64,000 nucleotides of DNA, taken from assembly GCA_001789445.1 (NCBI GenBank), contig MFZQ01000014.1:11557-75556 (forward strand), given 5' to 3'. Both the position numbers and the translations under genes were made by a program. The stretch is from Candidatus Roizmanbacteria bacterium RIFCSPHIGHO2_02_FULL_40_13b (GTDB lineage Bacteria; Patescibacteriota; Microgenomatia; UBA1406; HO2-37-13b). The first letter of the stretch is position 1; the number at the start of each line of letters is the position of its first letter. The notes under the pieces are model-generated. The model worked only from the letters and a program-made list of their open reading frames with translations, did no database searches and had not been told where the DNA came from. Shown here piece by piece: positions 9,220-18,954 of the stretch.

Positions 9220-12177
9220 ATGAACCTTACTCCCACACAAAAAAAAGCTATTTCTAACAATGAAGGTCCGCTTCTTATTATCGCTGGCGCAGGAACAGGA
9301 AAAACAACTGTACTCGTTGAGAAAATAAAATATTTAGTTTCTAAAAACCTAGCAAAACCCGAGGAAATTCTCGCACTAACTTTCACCGAGAAAGCCGCAC
9401 AAGAAATAGAGGAACGCGTAGATCTCGCACTTCCAATGGGGTATTTTCAAATGCAGATAAGCACCTTCCACGCATTTTGCGACAAGATTTTACGCAACGA
9501 GATCATAAACATCGGACTTTCTCCAGCTTACACTCTTCAAACACAAGCCCAGACGATGCTATTCTTGCGCCAAAATTTACCAATCATGAATCTCACCTAT
9601 TTTCGCCCACTTTCAAATCCAAACAAGTTTCTCTATGGACTCTTGCAACATTTTTCCAGGCTTCGGGATGAAGATGTGAGTCCGGAAGAGTATGATCGTT
9701 GGATAAAAAGAGGGCTCGAGAGCTCGTCAGCTGGAGGGCTTGAGGAAAAAGGGAAGTATAAAGAGCTTGCGAAAGCATACAGCGAGTTTCAGAATCTGAA
9801 AATAAAAAATAATGTGTTCGATTTTGCGGATCTCATTTATTACACGTTGAAGTTATTTAGAACACGAAAAAAAATACTTGAGCAATACCAAAATAAGTAT
9901 AAGTACATTCTCGTTGATGAGTTTCAGGATACTAATATTGCACAGTATGCATTGATTAAGCTTTTAGCTCCGCCTAAAAGTAATAAAAGTTTGACTGTTA
10001 TTGGAGACGACAATCAAAGTATTTATAAATTTAGAGGGGCGGCAATTTCAAACATTCTCACGTTTAAAAAAGATTATAAGAAAACAAAAACTGTTGTTCT
10101 AAATGAGAACTTCCGAAGTACACAAAAAATTCTCGATGTTGCATACAAAGTTATACAAAATAATAATCCCGACACGCTCGAATCTAAACTCGGAATTTCA
10201 AAAGAATTAAAAAGTCAACAAGGTGAAGGAGCAACAGATGATATTGAATTAAAACTCAACATGAATGTAGTTCATGAAGCAGACGCTGTAATTTCCAACA
10301 TTGAAAAACGAAAAAAAGAAAATCCAAAACTTACCTTCAATGATTTTGCAATTCTCACTCGAGCAAATGCGCACATCGATCCATTTATTAAAGCGCTTTC
10401 CGCCGCAGGAATCCCATATCAGGTAAACAATCAAGGACTATTATTCAAACAACCAGAGATTAAAGATCTTATTTCATTCCTCTATATATTAAATGATGTG
10501 AATGATTCGACTGCTTTTTTTCGAGTTATTTCCATGGATATTTTTGATATTGATTCCACCGATATTGCCAAACTTGTTTCGTTTGCTCGAAAAGTTGGCG
10601 TGTCGTTTTTGGAAGCAACATCAATTTATGTAAGCTCCGAGCACGAGGATTTTCGAAATGAAAATTTTGAACAATATAAACCGTACTTACCTGTTCTGAA
10701 AATCGGTACAAAAGAAAGACTGTATAAAGTGATTACGCAAATAACCGATGGGATCTCTCGAATTAGTAAAGATAGTGCCGGACAAATTCTCTATTATTTC
10801 CTCGAAAATAGTGGCCTCATGGCAAAAATCTCGGTTATTAAAACAGAAAAGGAAGAAATAATTGCAAAAAATATCTCTCGCTTTTTTAATAAACTGAAAA
10901 GTTTTGAACTTACCCAAGTTGATGCTTCTGTAAACGCGGTTGTTGAGTATTTAACATTATGCATGGAAATGGGGGAGTCGCCCATTACTGAAAATGACGA
11001 TTGGGAACAGATGGATGCGGTCAATATTCTGACTGTCCATGGTTCAAAGGGATTGGAATTTGATACTGTTTTTTTGGTAAATCTCACAAGCGGCAGATTT
11101 CCAACAATTTATAGACGTGAACAAATTCCCCTTCCTGATGGAATTATTAAAGAATTACTTCCAACTGGAGATGCACATATGCAAGAAGAACGACGACTCT
11201 TTTATGTTGGAATAACTCGGGCAAAGAATAAGCTGTTTTTGAGTGCATCATATTTTTATGGAGAAGGGAAGCGTCGTCACAAATTATCTCCCTTTATCGA
11301 TGAAGCACTTGACCCAAAGCTTATTCAAAAAGCAAAAAATGAAACACTTGAGACTTTAGAACAATTACCTCTCTTTGACTTAGCAAAAATAAAAGATGAC
11401 TTTGAAAAAAAGCCTGAAAAAAAATCAAAAGCGCTCTCAAAAACCAAAACACTTTTCTCATACTCACAAATTCAAACGTATCAGATTTGTCCACTTCGAT
11501 ATAAATATCAGTACGTTGTAAAACTACCAGTAACTGCCGGATTTGCCGCCTCATTTGGAGACTCGATGCATAAGGCTCTTCAATATTTTTATACTCTCCA
11601 CTTGAAAGATATGCATCCGACCCTCGATGATTTATACGATCTGTATTATAAGTACTGGGTTCCAGTGGGGTATGGATCTAAACAGTATGAGGAGAAAGTT
11701 AAAAATGAAGGAAAAAGGTTACTTCAAGAATTTTACGATACGTACCATTCAGAAAATATTCAGATTGCCGGACTTGAACAGTGGTTTAAGATTAAGATTA
11801 CAGATTCTATCTTTATTTCAGGGAAAATAGATCGCATTGACTTAATTGAAAATGACTCCATTGAAATTATCGATTATAAAACTGGAAAAGTACCGACCGA
11901 TGCAGAACTCAAAAAAGAAATGCAGCTCGCCCTTTATGCACTTGCGGCAACTGATAAGTCTTTGTATGCAAAAGATCTTTCTCAAATAAAATTGACATAT
12001 TATTACCTGCAAGAAAATAAGAAAATGAGTCTAACTCGAACACAAAAAGATATTGATACAGTTATTGAAACGGTTTCCCAGACTGCTCAAGCTATTCAAT
12101 CCGGAAACTTTGAGCCACGAGTTGGTCCCTGGTGCGGCTTTTGTCCGTTTAAGATCAACTGCGAGGTATGGCAGTAG
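9220..12177 (+). CDS. UvrD/PcrA-family helicase fused to a C-terminal PD-(D/E)xK nuclease with a Cas4/AddB-like Fe-S Cys cluster
   Basis: Walker A AGAGTGKT, DEFQD motif, a C-terminal nuclease motif (IDRIDL..IIDYKTGK), and Cys pattern C...CGFCPFKINC. Confidence 0.8.
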   Translation: MNLTPTQKKAISNNEGPLLIIAGAGTGKTTVLVEKIKYLVSKNLAKPEEILALTFTEKAAQEIEERVDLALPMGYFQMQISTFHAFCDKILRNEIINIGLSPAYTLQTQAQTMLFLRQNLPIMNLTYFRPLSNPNKFLYGLLQHFSRLRDEDVSPEEYDRWIKRGLESSSAGGLEEKGKYKELAKAYSEFQNLKIKNNVFDFADLIYYTLKLFRTRKKILEQYQNKYKYILVDEFQDTNIAQYALIKLLAPPKSNKSLTVIGDDNQSIYKFRGAAISNILTFKKDYKKTKTVVLNENFRSTQKILDVAYKVIQNNNPDTLESKLGISKELKSQQGEGATDDIELKLNMNVVHEADAVISNIEKRKKENPKLTFNDFAILTRANAHIDPFIKALSAAGIPYQVNNQGLLFKQPEIKDLISFLYILNDVNDSTAFFRVISMDIFDIDSTDIAKLVSFARKVGVSFLEATSIYVSSEHEDFRNENFEQYKPYLPVLKIGTKERLYKVITQITDGISRISKDSAGQILYYFLENSGLMAKISVIKTEKEEIIAKNISRFFNKLKSFELTQVDASVNAVVEYLTLCMEMGESPITENDDWEQMDAVNILTVHGSKGLEFDTVFLVNLTSGRFPTIYRREQIPLPDGIIKELLPTGDAHMQEERRLFYVGITRAKNKLFLSASYFYGEGKRRHKLSPFIDEALDPKLIQKAKNETLETLEQLPLFDLAKIKDDFEKKPEKKSKALSKTKTLFSYSQIQTYQICPLRYKYQYVVKLPVTAGFAASFGDSMHKALQYFYTLHLKDMHPTLDDLYDLYYKYWVPVGYGSKQYEEKVKNEGKRLLQEFYDTYHSENIQIAGLEQWFKIKITDSIFISGKIDRIDLIENDSIEIIDYKTGKVPTDAELKKEMQLALYALAATDKSLYAKDLSQIKLTYYYLQENKKMSLTRTQKDIDTVIETVSQTAQAIQSGNFEPRVGPWCGFCPFKINCEVWQ

Positions 12178-12195
12178 CAATTTAATAAAATATTT

Positions 12196-13527
12196 TCATA
12201 GACTTGAGCCAGGTAATTGAGATGCTTCTGAATAGAATAAATCTCCTTTATCATCATCTCTTTCACATGTAATTTGAATTATATCCTGAGGAGACATTAC
12301 TATTGATGCCGCTTTATAAACACCAGTATTCCATACAGTTCTAGTTCTGGTTGGATTATGTGATTCAGGTATGAATCCGTCTCCTGTATAGAAATACTCC
12401 GCATTATTTGATCGCCGAAGGTCTTCAATTAGCGTTTGCCAAAATACTCTATCGTGACTTGCGCCATGTTTTTCGGCCGTAGCATGAGCAAAAGCATTGA
12501 ATAATGGCCAGTCTCCTCCATTATGATAATCCCCTGGTAAATATTGTCGATTAAATTCTCTTGGATTTAGATAACCTCCATCTTCTGTAGCAACTACAGG
12601 TATTCCTCCAGAATTTTTTGGTAGGCTATATACTGTTTCTAAAACAATTGAATCAGAAAGTAATTGCTCTCCAAATAATGCCATAGCTAAAAATTCGCCA
12701 GTAAGCGAGCTCACATCTGTGTATGGTTGTGAACGAGAAAATTGAAGTCTACCAGACGAATGTTGCAGTTGTTGATATCCATCAACTGCCTCCGCTATTT
12801 CTGATCCATTTCCCAAACCAAGACGTGTCACTGCAACAGTTGTAGCAGCATAAATACCTTGAGTATAAGTATTAACATCAGCACGTGGAAAATGATATGT
12901 ATCAAACCAACTATGCTCAGTACCTGCTGGTGAAACATATTGTCCAAATTGTGTATGAGATTGGACCCATTCCCACCGTTGTCTCCATCTTGATTGTTCA
13001 TTTGCTTCAACTGGTTCTCCACTTTGAGCAAGTTTCGCTCGCCAAATAAGACCAAGCATTGTTGATTCATCGTCAAATGCCCACGTACGTGTACCTGGAA
13101 ATAAACGCGTCGTTGGTAAGTGTCCAGATGTGTCAGCTTTATCAAATTGTGATAATACATGGGCTTCAAAATCAGGCTCATCAATAAATAAAGTTCCATA
13201 AAATGAATCACGAACCCAATTATCACAATGAAATGGACTAGCTCTTAAGAAAGCTTGTTTTGGCATATATACTATATTTTGATTTAATAAATCAAATGCG
13301 GGCTGAAGATGTTCATGAATTTCTTTTTGTCTTTCAAGGTTATCCTGAATCCTTCGAAGTTCAGGAGTTAAAAAAGGGGCCGTTAGTACATTGATCGCTC
13401 GTACGTCAGTTCCTAAAGTATGGTATGCTCTTCGTGTACCAACTCCAAGTGGAGTTTTCGGTCCAGTTTCAAATTCTGGCTGTGATAAATGCAACAAACC
13501 TTCGATATTTTTAGACATTGGGAGCAA
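12196..13527 (-). CDS. Glycoside hydrolase with (alpha/alpha)6-barrel, GH100 neutral-invertase / GDE_C-like
   Basis: YHNGGDWPLFNAFAH motif resembling the GH100/GH63/GDE_C catalytic region. Length 443 aa. Confidence 0.5.
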   Translation of the reverse strand: MLPMSKNIEGLLHLSQPEFETGPKTPLGVGTRRAYHTLGTDVRAINVLTAPFLTPELRRIQDNLERQKEIHEHLQPAFDLLNQNIVYMPKQAFLRASPFHCDNWVRDSFYGTLFIDEPDFEAHVLSQFDKADTSGHLPTTRLFPGTRTWAFDDESTMLGLIWRAKLAQSGEPVEANEQSRWRQRWEWVQSHTQFGQYVSPAGTEHSWFDTYHFPRADVNTYTQGIYAATTVAVTRLGLGNGSEIAEAVDGYQQLQHSSGRLQFSRSQPYTDVSSLTGEFLAMALFGEQLLSDSIVLETVYSLPKNSGGIPVVATEDGGYLNPREFNRQYLPGDYHNGGDWPLFNAFAHATAEKHGASHDRVFWQTLIEDLRRSNNAEYFYTGDGFIPESHNPTRTRTVWNTGVYKAASIVMSPQDIIQITCERDDDKGDLFYSEASQLPGSSL

Positions 13528-13569
13528 TTATAGCAAAAGAATAACAATATAGAGAGATTATTATTATAT

Positions 13570-14562
13570 TCATCCCATCCTCATTACCTTCTTCCTTACG
13601 TTGTATGCAATATTATATATATTATACAGCAGGGGAGACACGATGAGATCTCGCCCACTGACGAGTTCTACAAACTTCGTCCCATACCCTTCCTTAAATC
13701 GGGTAAACCCCGCCCACGGATCATTTTGCTCATAGTTTGGCGGCAGTGAGCCCCACATATCAAACCGCGTACAACCATGTTTTTTTCCAAAAAGAATCGC
13801 TTCCCACATGAGCAAATTTGGTGCCATGAGGTTGCGATAATCAACGGATGAACCACCATACGGATAGTATAAGACGTCGTTAAATGTAAATAATTCATAA
13901 GAGGCGAGGGGAGTGTTTCCCCGAAACGCAATTAAAATATGCGCAATCCCCTCTTTAAAATTGTTAAAGATGGTTTCATGATATTTTTTATTATGTCCAT
14001 AATACTGTTGCCTACTGGCAGTGCCAAAGTACAGTCCTACAAAGACGTTAAATCCAGTTTCGTTTGTCATTTCCCGCACTACAATTCCATTTTTTTGTGC
14101 AACTTTTATGTTATACCGTGTTTTTGGTTTTAATTTTTTCATCAACTCCTCTTCAGAAAGTCGTAGATCGAGCATTTGTGTCCATTTGGGAAATAGTGGA
14201 TGCGGTGACTTAACAAGATGTGGATGATATGACTGGCTCGGCTGGCCTTTTTCTACATACGGCTCAACTTTTATAAAAATACAATTTCGTCTTTGACCTC
14301 CAATTTGTAAAAAATGAAGAACATCTTTGTTAGGAAATACTGATCGAGGTAGATACCCAATTTTGAATGGAATTTTGGGAATCTTGTGAAACGTTACCTG
14401 AAACACATTCTTTAACACGTCATCACGAAACTCCCCAATTCGCAACACCTCAATCCCCATTTTTTTGCGCGCCTCTCCCCATTCCCACGACTGCAACGGA
14501 TGTGGGGCAACCCGATTATATTTTTCCCTATCAAAGTCGTCTTTTATGATTTCTATTTTCAT
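13570..14562 (-). CDS. FemAB-family peptidoglycan interpeptide-bridge peptidyltransferase (FemX-like)
   Basis: KTRYNIKVAQKNG motif and overall FemAB-like layout. Length 330 aa. Confidence 0.65.
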   Translation of the reverse strand: MKIEIIKDDFDREKYNRVAPHPLQSWEWGEARKKMGIEVLRIGEFRDDVLKNVFQVTFHKIPKIPFKIGYLPRSVFPNKDVLHFLQIGGQRRNCIFIKVEPYVEKGQPSQSYHPHLVKSPHPLFPKWTQMLDLRLSEEELMKKLKPKTRYNIKVAQKNGIVVREMTNETGFNVFVGLYFGTASRQQYYGHNKKYHETIFNNFKEGIAHILIAFRGNTPLASYELFTFNDVLYYPYGGSSVDYRNLMAPNLLMWEAILFGKKHGCTRFDMWGSLPPNYEQNDPWAGFTRFKEGYGTKFVELVSGRDLIVSPLLYNIYNIAYNVRKKVMRMG

Positions 14563-14703
14563 AAGCTAATTTAAGGTTTATTAATTATAAACATATATAA
14601 GCGTAGATACCCGTTTTGAGAACAACTGGGGTGCCAGTTTTAAGCGGGGGTCCCCACTTGTTCGAGAAACTGGGTATCAAGCGATCTTACTGACTTCCAC
14701 GAG

Positions 14704-14752
14704 CTTCACACCGAGATCCTTCACCGCCAGCCGGCGGTTCAGGATGACAGAG
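14704..14752. repeat. GC-rich intergenic repeat unit (TTCACACCGAGATCCTTCAC...GTTCAGGATGACAGAG); the inverted copy is at 36411-36446
   Basis: 36411-36446 is the reverse complement of this element, differing by one substitution and loss of the central CCGCCAGCCGGCGG hairpin. Confidence 0.6.
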
Positions 14753-14763
14753 TATCTAGCTCT

Positions 14764-16551
14764 CTAGCCCTCCAGCTCTCTACTTTCATCTATAAACCTC
14801 GATACCTGCGCATAACTACTTCTTCCAAACGCAAACCGTCTCCCCACATACGTTATAAATAATTTTCGCATCGCACGCGTTATTCCAACGTAAAAAAGCC
14901 TGCGTTCTTCTTCAAGTTCATACAAATCATCAACTGATCGGCTATGCGGCAAGATCCCTTCTTCAAGTCCAATTATAAACACAAACGGAAACTCCAGCCC
15001 CTTTGCCTGATGAAGCGTCATCAAATGCACTCCCTTTTTGCCTTGAGCCTGTCGAAGAGTCTTCTCATTTTGAGAGTATTCCGATTCAACGAGCGCCACT
15101 TGTTCCAAAAACTCTCCAATCTTATTATGCGTTGTAGCTACGACCCGAAGTTCTTTAATATTTTCAAGCCGTGAAAAATCTTCCTCTGTTTCTCCATTAT
15201 ACAGATCACCATACTTAGTTTGTAGTAAAATCGCATCCAAAATATCCACACTGTCAGCCTCTTCTAATTTATCTTTGTAAAGCTCATATACTTTTTCAAA
15301 TTGCTCAAACCTGCGTTTCCCAATTTTTACTGCTCGATCGCTTGAAATCTCATCGTCCGGGTTCATTACAAGACGCATATACGAAAGTAAGTCTTTTATT
15401 TCTTTCCGCTCATAGAATCTCGTTCCTCCAATTAATACATACGGAATTCCCATATGTAAAAATGATTCTTCCACCGCCCGAGACTGTGCGTTGATTCGAT
15501 ATAGAACTGCAAAGTCCTGATACTTGCATTCTCCTCCTTGAACAAGATTTTCAATTTGTCCTGCAACGTAGAGGCCCTCGTATTCTTCGTTATCAAGCTT
15601 TTCTATCTCGACAAGCTCCCCTCTCCCCTTTTGTGTAAAAACTTTGAGAATTGGGTGCGTGTGATTTTGATTAATTACATTATATGCAAAATCAAGAATA
15701 TTTTGTGTTGACCGATAATTTTCTTTCAAATAAAACGTTTCACAATTTTCAAAATTTTCTTTAAACTTCTCAAGATTTCTAATCTGTGCACCACGCCATG
15801 AATAGATACTTTGGGAGAAGTCGCCAACAATTGTTACATTATTTTCTTTCTTTCCGAGTTGCCGAGTAAGTTGATACTGTGCGAAATTTGTATCTTGAAA
15901 TTCATCAACAAGGATGTACTTAAATTGTTGGTGATACTTATCAAGAATTTCTGGATGCTTATCAAAGAGCATAACGGTTTTGTAAATTAAATCATCAAAA
16001 TCAACCGCATTATTTTTCTCAAGTCGTTTTTGGTACGCACTGTATACTGGGCCAACCATTCGGCCAATAAAGTCTTTAAACATTTCAGCATATTTTTCAG
16101 GAGAAATAAGTTCATCTTTTGCTGAAGAAATTCTCCCCAAAAAAAAATTTCCCGTGTATCTTTTATCAATATCTTGATCAACTAGTACCTTTTTTATAAG
16201 ATTTTCTTGATCATCCCGGTCATAAATAACAAAATTTGACCCAATACCATCAACTGCACCGTACCTGCGGAGAACTCGTACACAAAATGAGTGAAACGTT
16301 CCAACAAATCCAATCGTGACTTCCTCTTTATATAGCCGCTCCTTCATCTCACCAGCCGCTTTATTCGTGAAGGTTATAAGAATAATCGAGGATTGTGGAA
16401 CTTTGTCGTTCTTAATTAGATTGACAACTTTTTTAATGAGAACACGCGTTTTACCCGATCCAGCCCCAGCAAGAATAAGAGATGGGCCAGATGTATGCAT
16501 TACCGCTTTTTTTTGTGCTTCATTTAGTTCGTTGAATAGCTCACACTTCAT
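14764..16551 (-). CDS. pcrA: ATP-dependent DNA helicase PcrA/UvrD/Rep
   Basis: N-terminus LNEAQKKAV...LILAGAGSGKT, DEFQDT and GDFSQSIY motifs. The ORF extends to 16731, but homology begins at MKCELFNELNEAQ (ATG at 16551). Confidence 0.85.
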   Translation of the reverse strand: MKCELFNELNEAQKKAVMHTSGPSLILAGAGSGKTRVLIKKVVNLIKNDKVPQSSIILITFTNKAAGEMKERLYKEEVTIGFVGTFHSFCVRVLRRYGAVDGIGSNFVIYDRDDQENLIKKVLVDQDIDKRYTGNFFLGRISSAKDELISPEKYAEMFKDFIGRMVGPVYSAYQKRLEKNNAVDFDDLIYKTVMLFDKHPEILDKYHQQFKYILVDEFQDTNFAQYQLTRQLGKKENNVTIVGDFSQSIYSWRGAQIRNLEKFKENFENCETFYLKENYRSTQNILDFAYNVINQNHTHPILKVFTQKGRGELVEIEKLDNEEYEGLYVAGQIENLVQGGECKYQDFAVLYRINAQSRAVEESFLHMGIPYVLIGGTRFYERKEIKDLLSYMRLVMNPDDEISSDRAVKIGKRRFEQFEKVYELYKDKLEEADSVDILDAILLQTKYGDLYNGETEEDFSRLENIKELRVVATTHNKIGEFLEQVALVESEYSQNEKTLRQAQGKKGVHLMTLHQAKGLEFPFVFIIGLEEGILPHSRSVDDLYELEEERRLFYVGITRAMRKLFITYVGRRFAFGRSSYAQVSRFIDESRELEG

Positions 16552-16567
16552 GGTATATAATCTTACC

Positions 16568-17221
16568 ATGAAATACGTCGTAGCAAACCTCAAAGCACAC
16601 AAAAGTGTCGATGAGACAATGGCCTGGTTACACGAGTTTATGGCCCAAGACCTCGAGAAGTTTTCAAATATCGTTGAAATTATTATCGCTCCCTCGTTTC
16701 TCGCACTTGAAAGCACATATAAAATCCTCAAAGATTTATCTATCAGTCTTTGCAGTCAAGATCTCTCTTCCCTTTCACCCGGCGCGTATACGGGTGAGGT
16801 TAGCGCACAAGCACTCAAATCATTTGTGAAGTATACACTTATTGGTCATAGCGAGCGCAGAAGAGTACTTAAAGAATCAGATGAGCTCCTCAACCAAAAG
16901 GTTGTTCAAGCAAATAGTGCGGGTATTATTCCAATTTACTTTATGAATGGTGAAAACACAGATGTTCCAGCGAATGTACATCACATAGTGTATGAACCAG
17001 CAGGAGCAATTGGAGTTGGAAATGAAATAAGTATCGATCATGTTATTGAGATTAGAAAGCAAGCTGATCCTGAAAATAAATATACTTTTTTTTATGGAGG
17101 ATCAGTGTCACCAGAAAATGCTGAAACATATATAAATAATGAAACGATTGATGGAGTGATTATTGGTACCGAGGCACTAGATCCTATTCGTTTTTACAAA
17201 ATACTCTGCACTATCATTTAA
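16568..17221 (+). CDS. tpiA: Triosephosphate isomerase
   Basis: VVANLKAH, IGHSERR, YEPAGAIGVG and YGGSV motifs. The ORF N-extension from 16316 is rejected because homology starts at MKYVVANLK. Confidence 0.85.
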   Translation: MKYVVANLKAHKSVDETMAWLHEFMAQDLEKFSNIVEIIIAPSFLALESTYKILKDLSISLCSQDLSSLSPGAYTGEVSAQALKSFVKYTLIGHSERRRVLKESDELLNQKVVQANSAGIIPIYFMNGENTDVPANVHHIVYEPAGAIGVGNEISIDHVIEIRKQADPENKYTFFYGGSVSPENAETYINNETIDGVIIGTEALDPIRFYKILCTII

Positions 17222-18244
17222 ATGAATAGAAAAAGGTTTAAAGTATCGCTTTTTTTGCTTTTTTTAATAACTATTCTTGGATTTTTATTATTTCCGTACT
17301 ATCAATTTGTTGGGCGAGTGACCGGAAGATCTCCAATTGCACTTCTTTTATTAAATAATCACTTTAAAAAAACAAATAACACGGTAAATATTTTATTACT
17401 TGGAAAGGCTGGCGGAAACAATGATGGTCCAAATCTCACCGATTCAATAACAGTTGCTTCATACAACCTCAACACTAAAAAAGTGTATCTCATCTCAATT
17501 CCCCGTGATATTTGGAGTCAAACCCTCAACGAAAAAATTAATGCGGCATATGCATTTGGAGAAGCTAAGAAAGCAGGTGGAGGAATGATACTTTCGTCAG
17601 CCGAAATTGGGTCTGTTGTTGATCTGCCAATTCATTATGCAATTGTTATCGATTTTGAGAAGTTTCAAACAATAATTGATTCAGTTGGAGGAGTTGATGT
17701 GGATGTTACGCATTCATTTGTTGATAACAAGTATCCACGCCCGGGGAAAGAAAATGATACGTGTAACGGTGATCCGGAGTATCTGTGTCGATACGAAACG
17801 ATTAGTTTTCAAGCAGGAATGCATCATATGAATGGTGAAACAGCGCTTAAATTTGCCCGTTCTCGTAATGCAGAAGGTGATGAAGGGTCTGATTTTGCTC
17901 GTAGTGCTCGTCAGCAAAAAATATTTCAGTCACTTAGAGTAAAAGCACAACAAATTGCAAAAAGTGGAAATTTAAAAAAAATTGAAGCGTTATATAATTC
18001 CTTTGATCGTGCCATCGAAAGAAATATTAAAAACGATGAAGTGGCTTTTTTAGCTAAAAAAATAGTTTTTAGTGGTGGAATTCATGAAATTACTGTACCG
18101 CTACCTGAAGATTTATTCATCGTTCCGAACGTTACTGATTATTACGGAAAATATGTACTTATCCCCGCAACGGGAAACTTTGATAGGATTCATGAATATG
18201 TGAAATGTGCTCTTTTGGATAAAGAGATTTGCTTACAAAGCTAA
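17222..18244 (+). CDS. LytR-CpsA-Psr (LCP) family cell-envelope phosphotransferase
   Basis: N-terminal TM, ILLLGKAGGNNDG..LTDSI, SIPRD and GETALKFARSR motifs. Confidence 0.75.
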   Translation: MNRKRFKVSLFLLFLITILGFLLFPYYQFVGRVTGRSPIALLLLNNHFKKTNNTVNILLLGKAGGNNDGPNLTDSITVASYNLNTKKVYLISIPRDIWSQTLNEKINAAYAFGEAKKAGGGMILSSAEIGSVVDLPIHYAIVIDFEKFQTIIDSVGGVDVDVTHSFVDNKYPRPGKENDTCNGDPEYLCRYETISFQAGMHHMNGETALKFARSRNAEGDEGSDFARSARQQKIFQSLRVKAQQIAKSGNLKKIEALYNSFDRAIERNIKNDEVAFLAKKIVFSGGIHEITVPLPEDLFIVPNVTDYYGKYVLIPATGNFDRIHEYVKCALLDKEICLQS

Positions 18245-18937
18245 TGCCAATGCTAAAAAAATAATTGGAATAACTGCAAAAAATATACTTGCTTGAAAAT
18301 TTCCGGAAACTACCAGAGTTGGTTCACTTGTTAGTGAAGACATAGTTGTAATCGTTGCAGATTGTGAAGAAATAGTTGATGAAGAGACGGTGTCGGTGAC
18401 CTGCCCTGTTGGAGAAGGTACTTGAGAAGGAGAGGAGTCAGCCTGCCCGCCGGTGCCTGAGCTAGCTTCAGTAGGCGATGGCAGACGAGAAAATGTTTCG
18501 GTGTTTGGATCAAATGGAATTTCTTTTTGTTCGTTAAATGGAGAGGTGGGCTGAACGCTTATAATTTCAATTACTTGTGTTGGAACTGGAGTTACGACTT
18601 TTGCTGTTTCTTTTATTTTTTTGGGAGTTTTTGAAAGTGTAAATCCGAGGATGATAATAATAACTAAAATCAATAAGACTCCAAGTAAAATAAAAATGAG
18701 TGTTTTATTTACCGGAGAAGTAATCGTCTCTTCTAATTGATGCATATTTAATGGAGTTGCATGCATTTGAGGATCGCCTGTTGCATTCCCATCAAAATCA
18801 GGAATCACTGGATTAATTGTTGTAGTTTTTTTATGAAAAAAAAGATGACGGAGTTCAAAAAGAAGCACGAAAATTGTTATGATAAATGCAACGATAGCAA
18901 TCAAATTAACTGATTTAATAAGTTCTACAAAATCCAT
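18233..18937 (-). CDS. Hypothetical membrane protein with 3 TM segments and a Ser/Thr/Pro-rich linker
   Basis: Hydrophobic segments at the N-terminus, middle and C-terminus, with a low-complexity STP region. No recognised domain. Confidence 0.35.
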   Translation of the reverse strand: MDFVELIKSVNLIAIVAFIITIFVLLFELRHLFFHKKTTTINPVIPDFDGNATGDPQMHATPLNMHQLEETITSPVNKTLIFILLGVLLILVIIIILGFTLSKTPKKIKETAKVVTPVPTQVIEIISVQPTSPFNEQKEIPFDPNTETFSRLPSPTEASSGTGGQADSSPSQVPSPTGQVTDTVSSSTISSQSATITTMSSLTSEPTLVVSGNFQASIFFAVIPIIFLALALAL

Positions 18938-18954
18938 ACATTCTTGCTACTAAT

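Noticed and set aside
16316-16567. N-terminal 84-codon extension of the tpiA ORF (longest ORF starts at 16316)
   Set aside because: It overlaps pcrA on the opposite strand and has no TIM homology. Homology begins at MKYVVANLKAH (ATG 16568).
16552-16731. 60-codon N-terminal extension of the pcrA ORF
   Set aside because: The UvrD-family N-terminus (LNEAQKKAV…AGAGSGKT) begins at MKCELF (16551). The extension overlaps tpiA.
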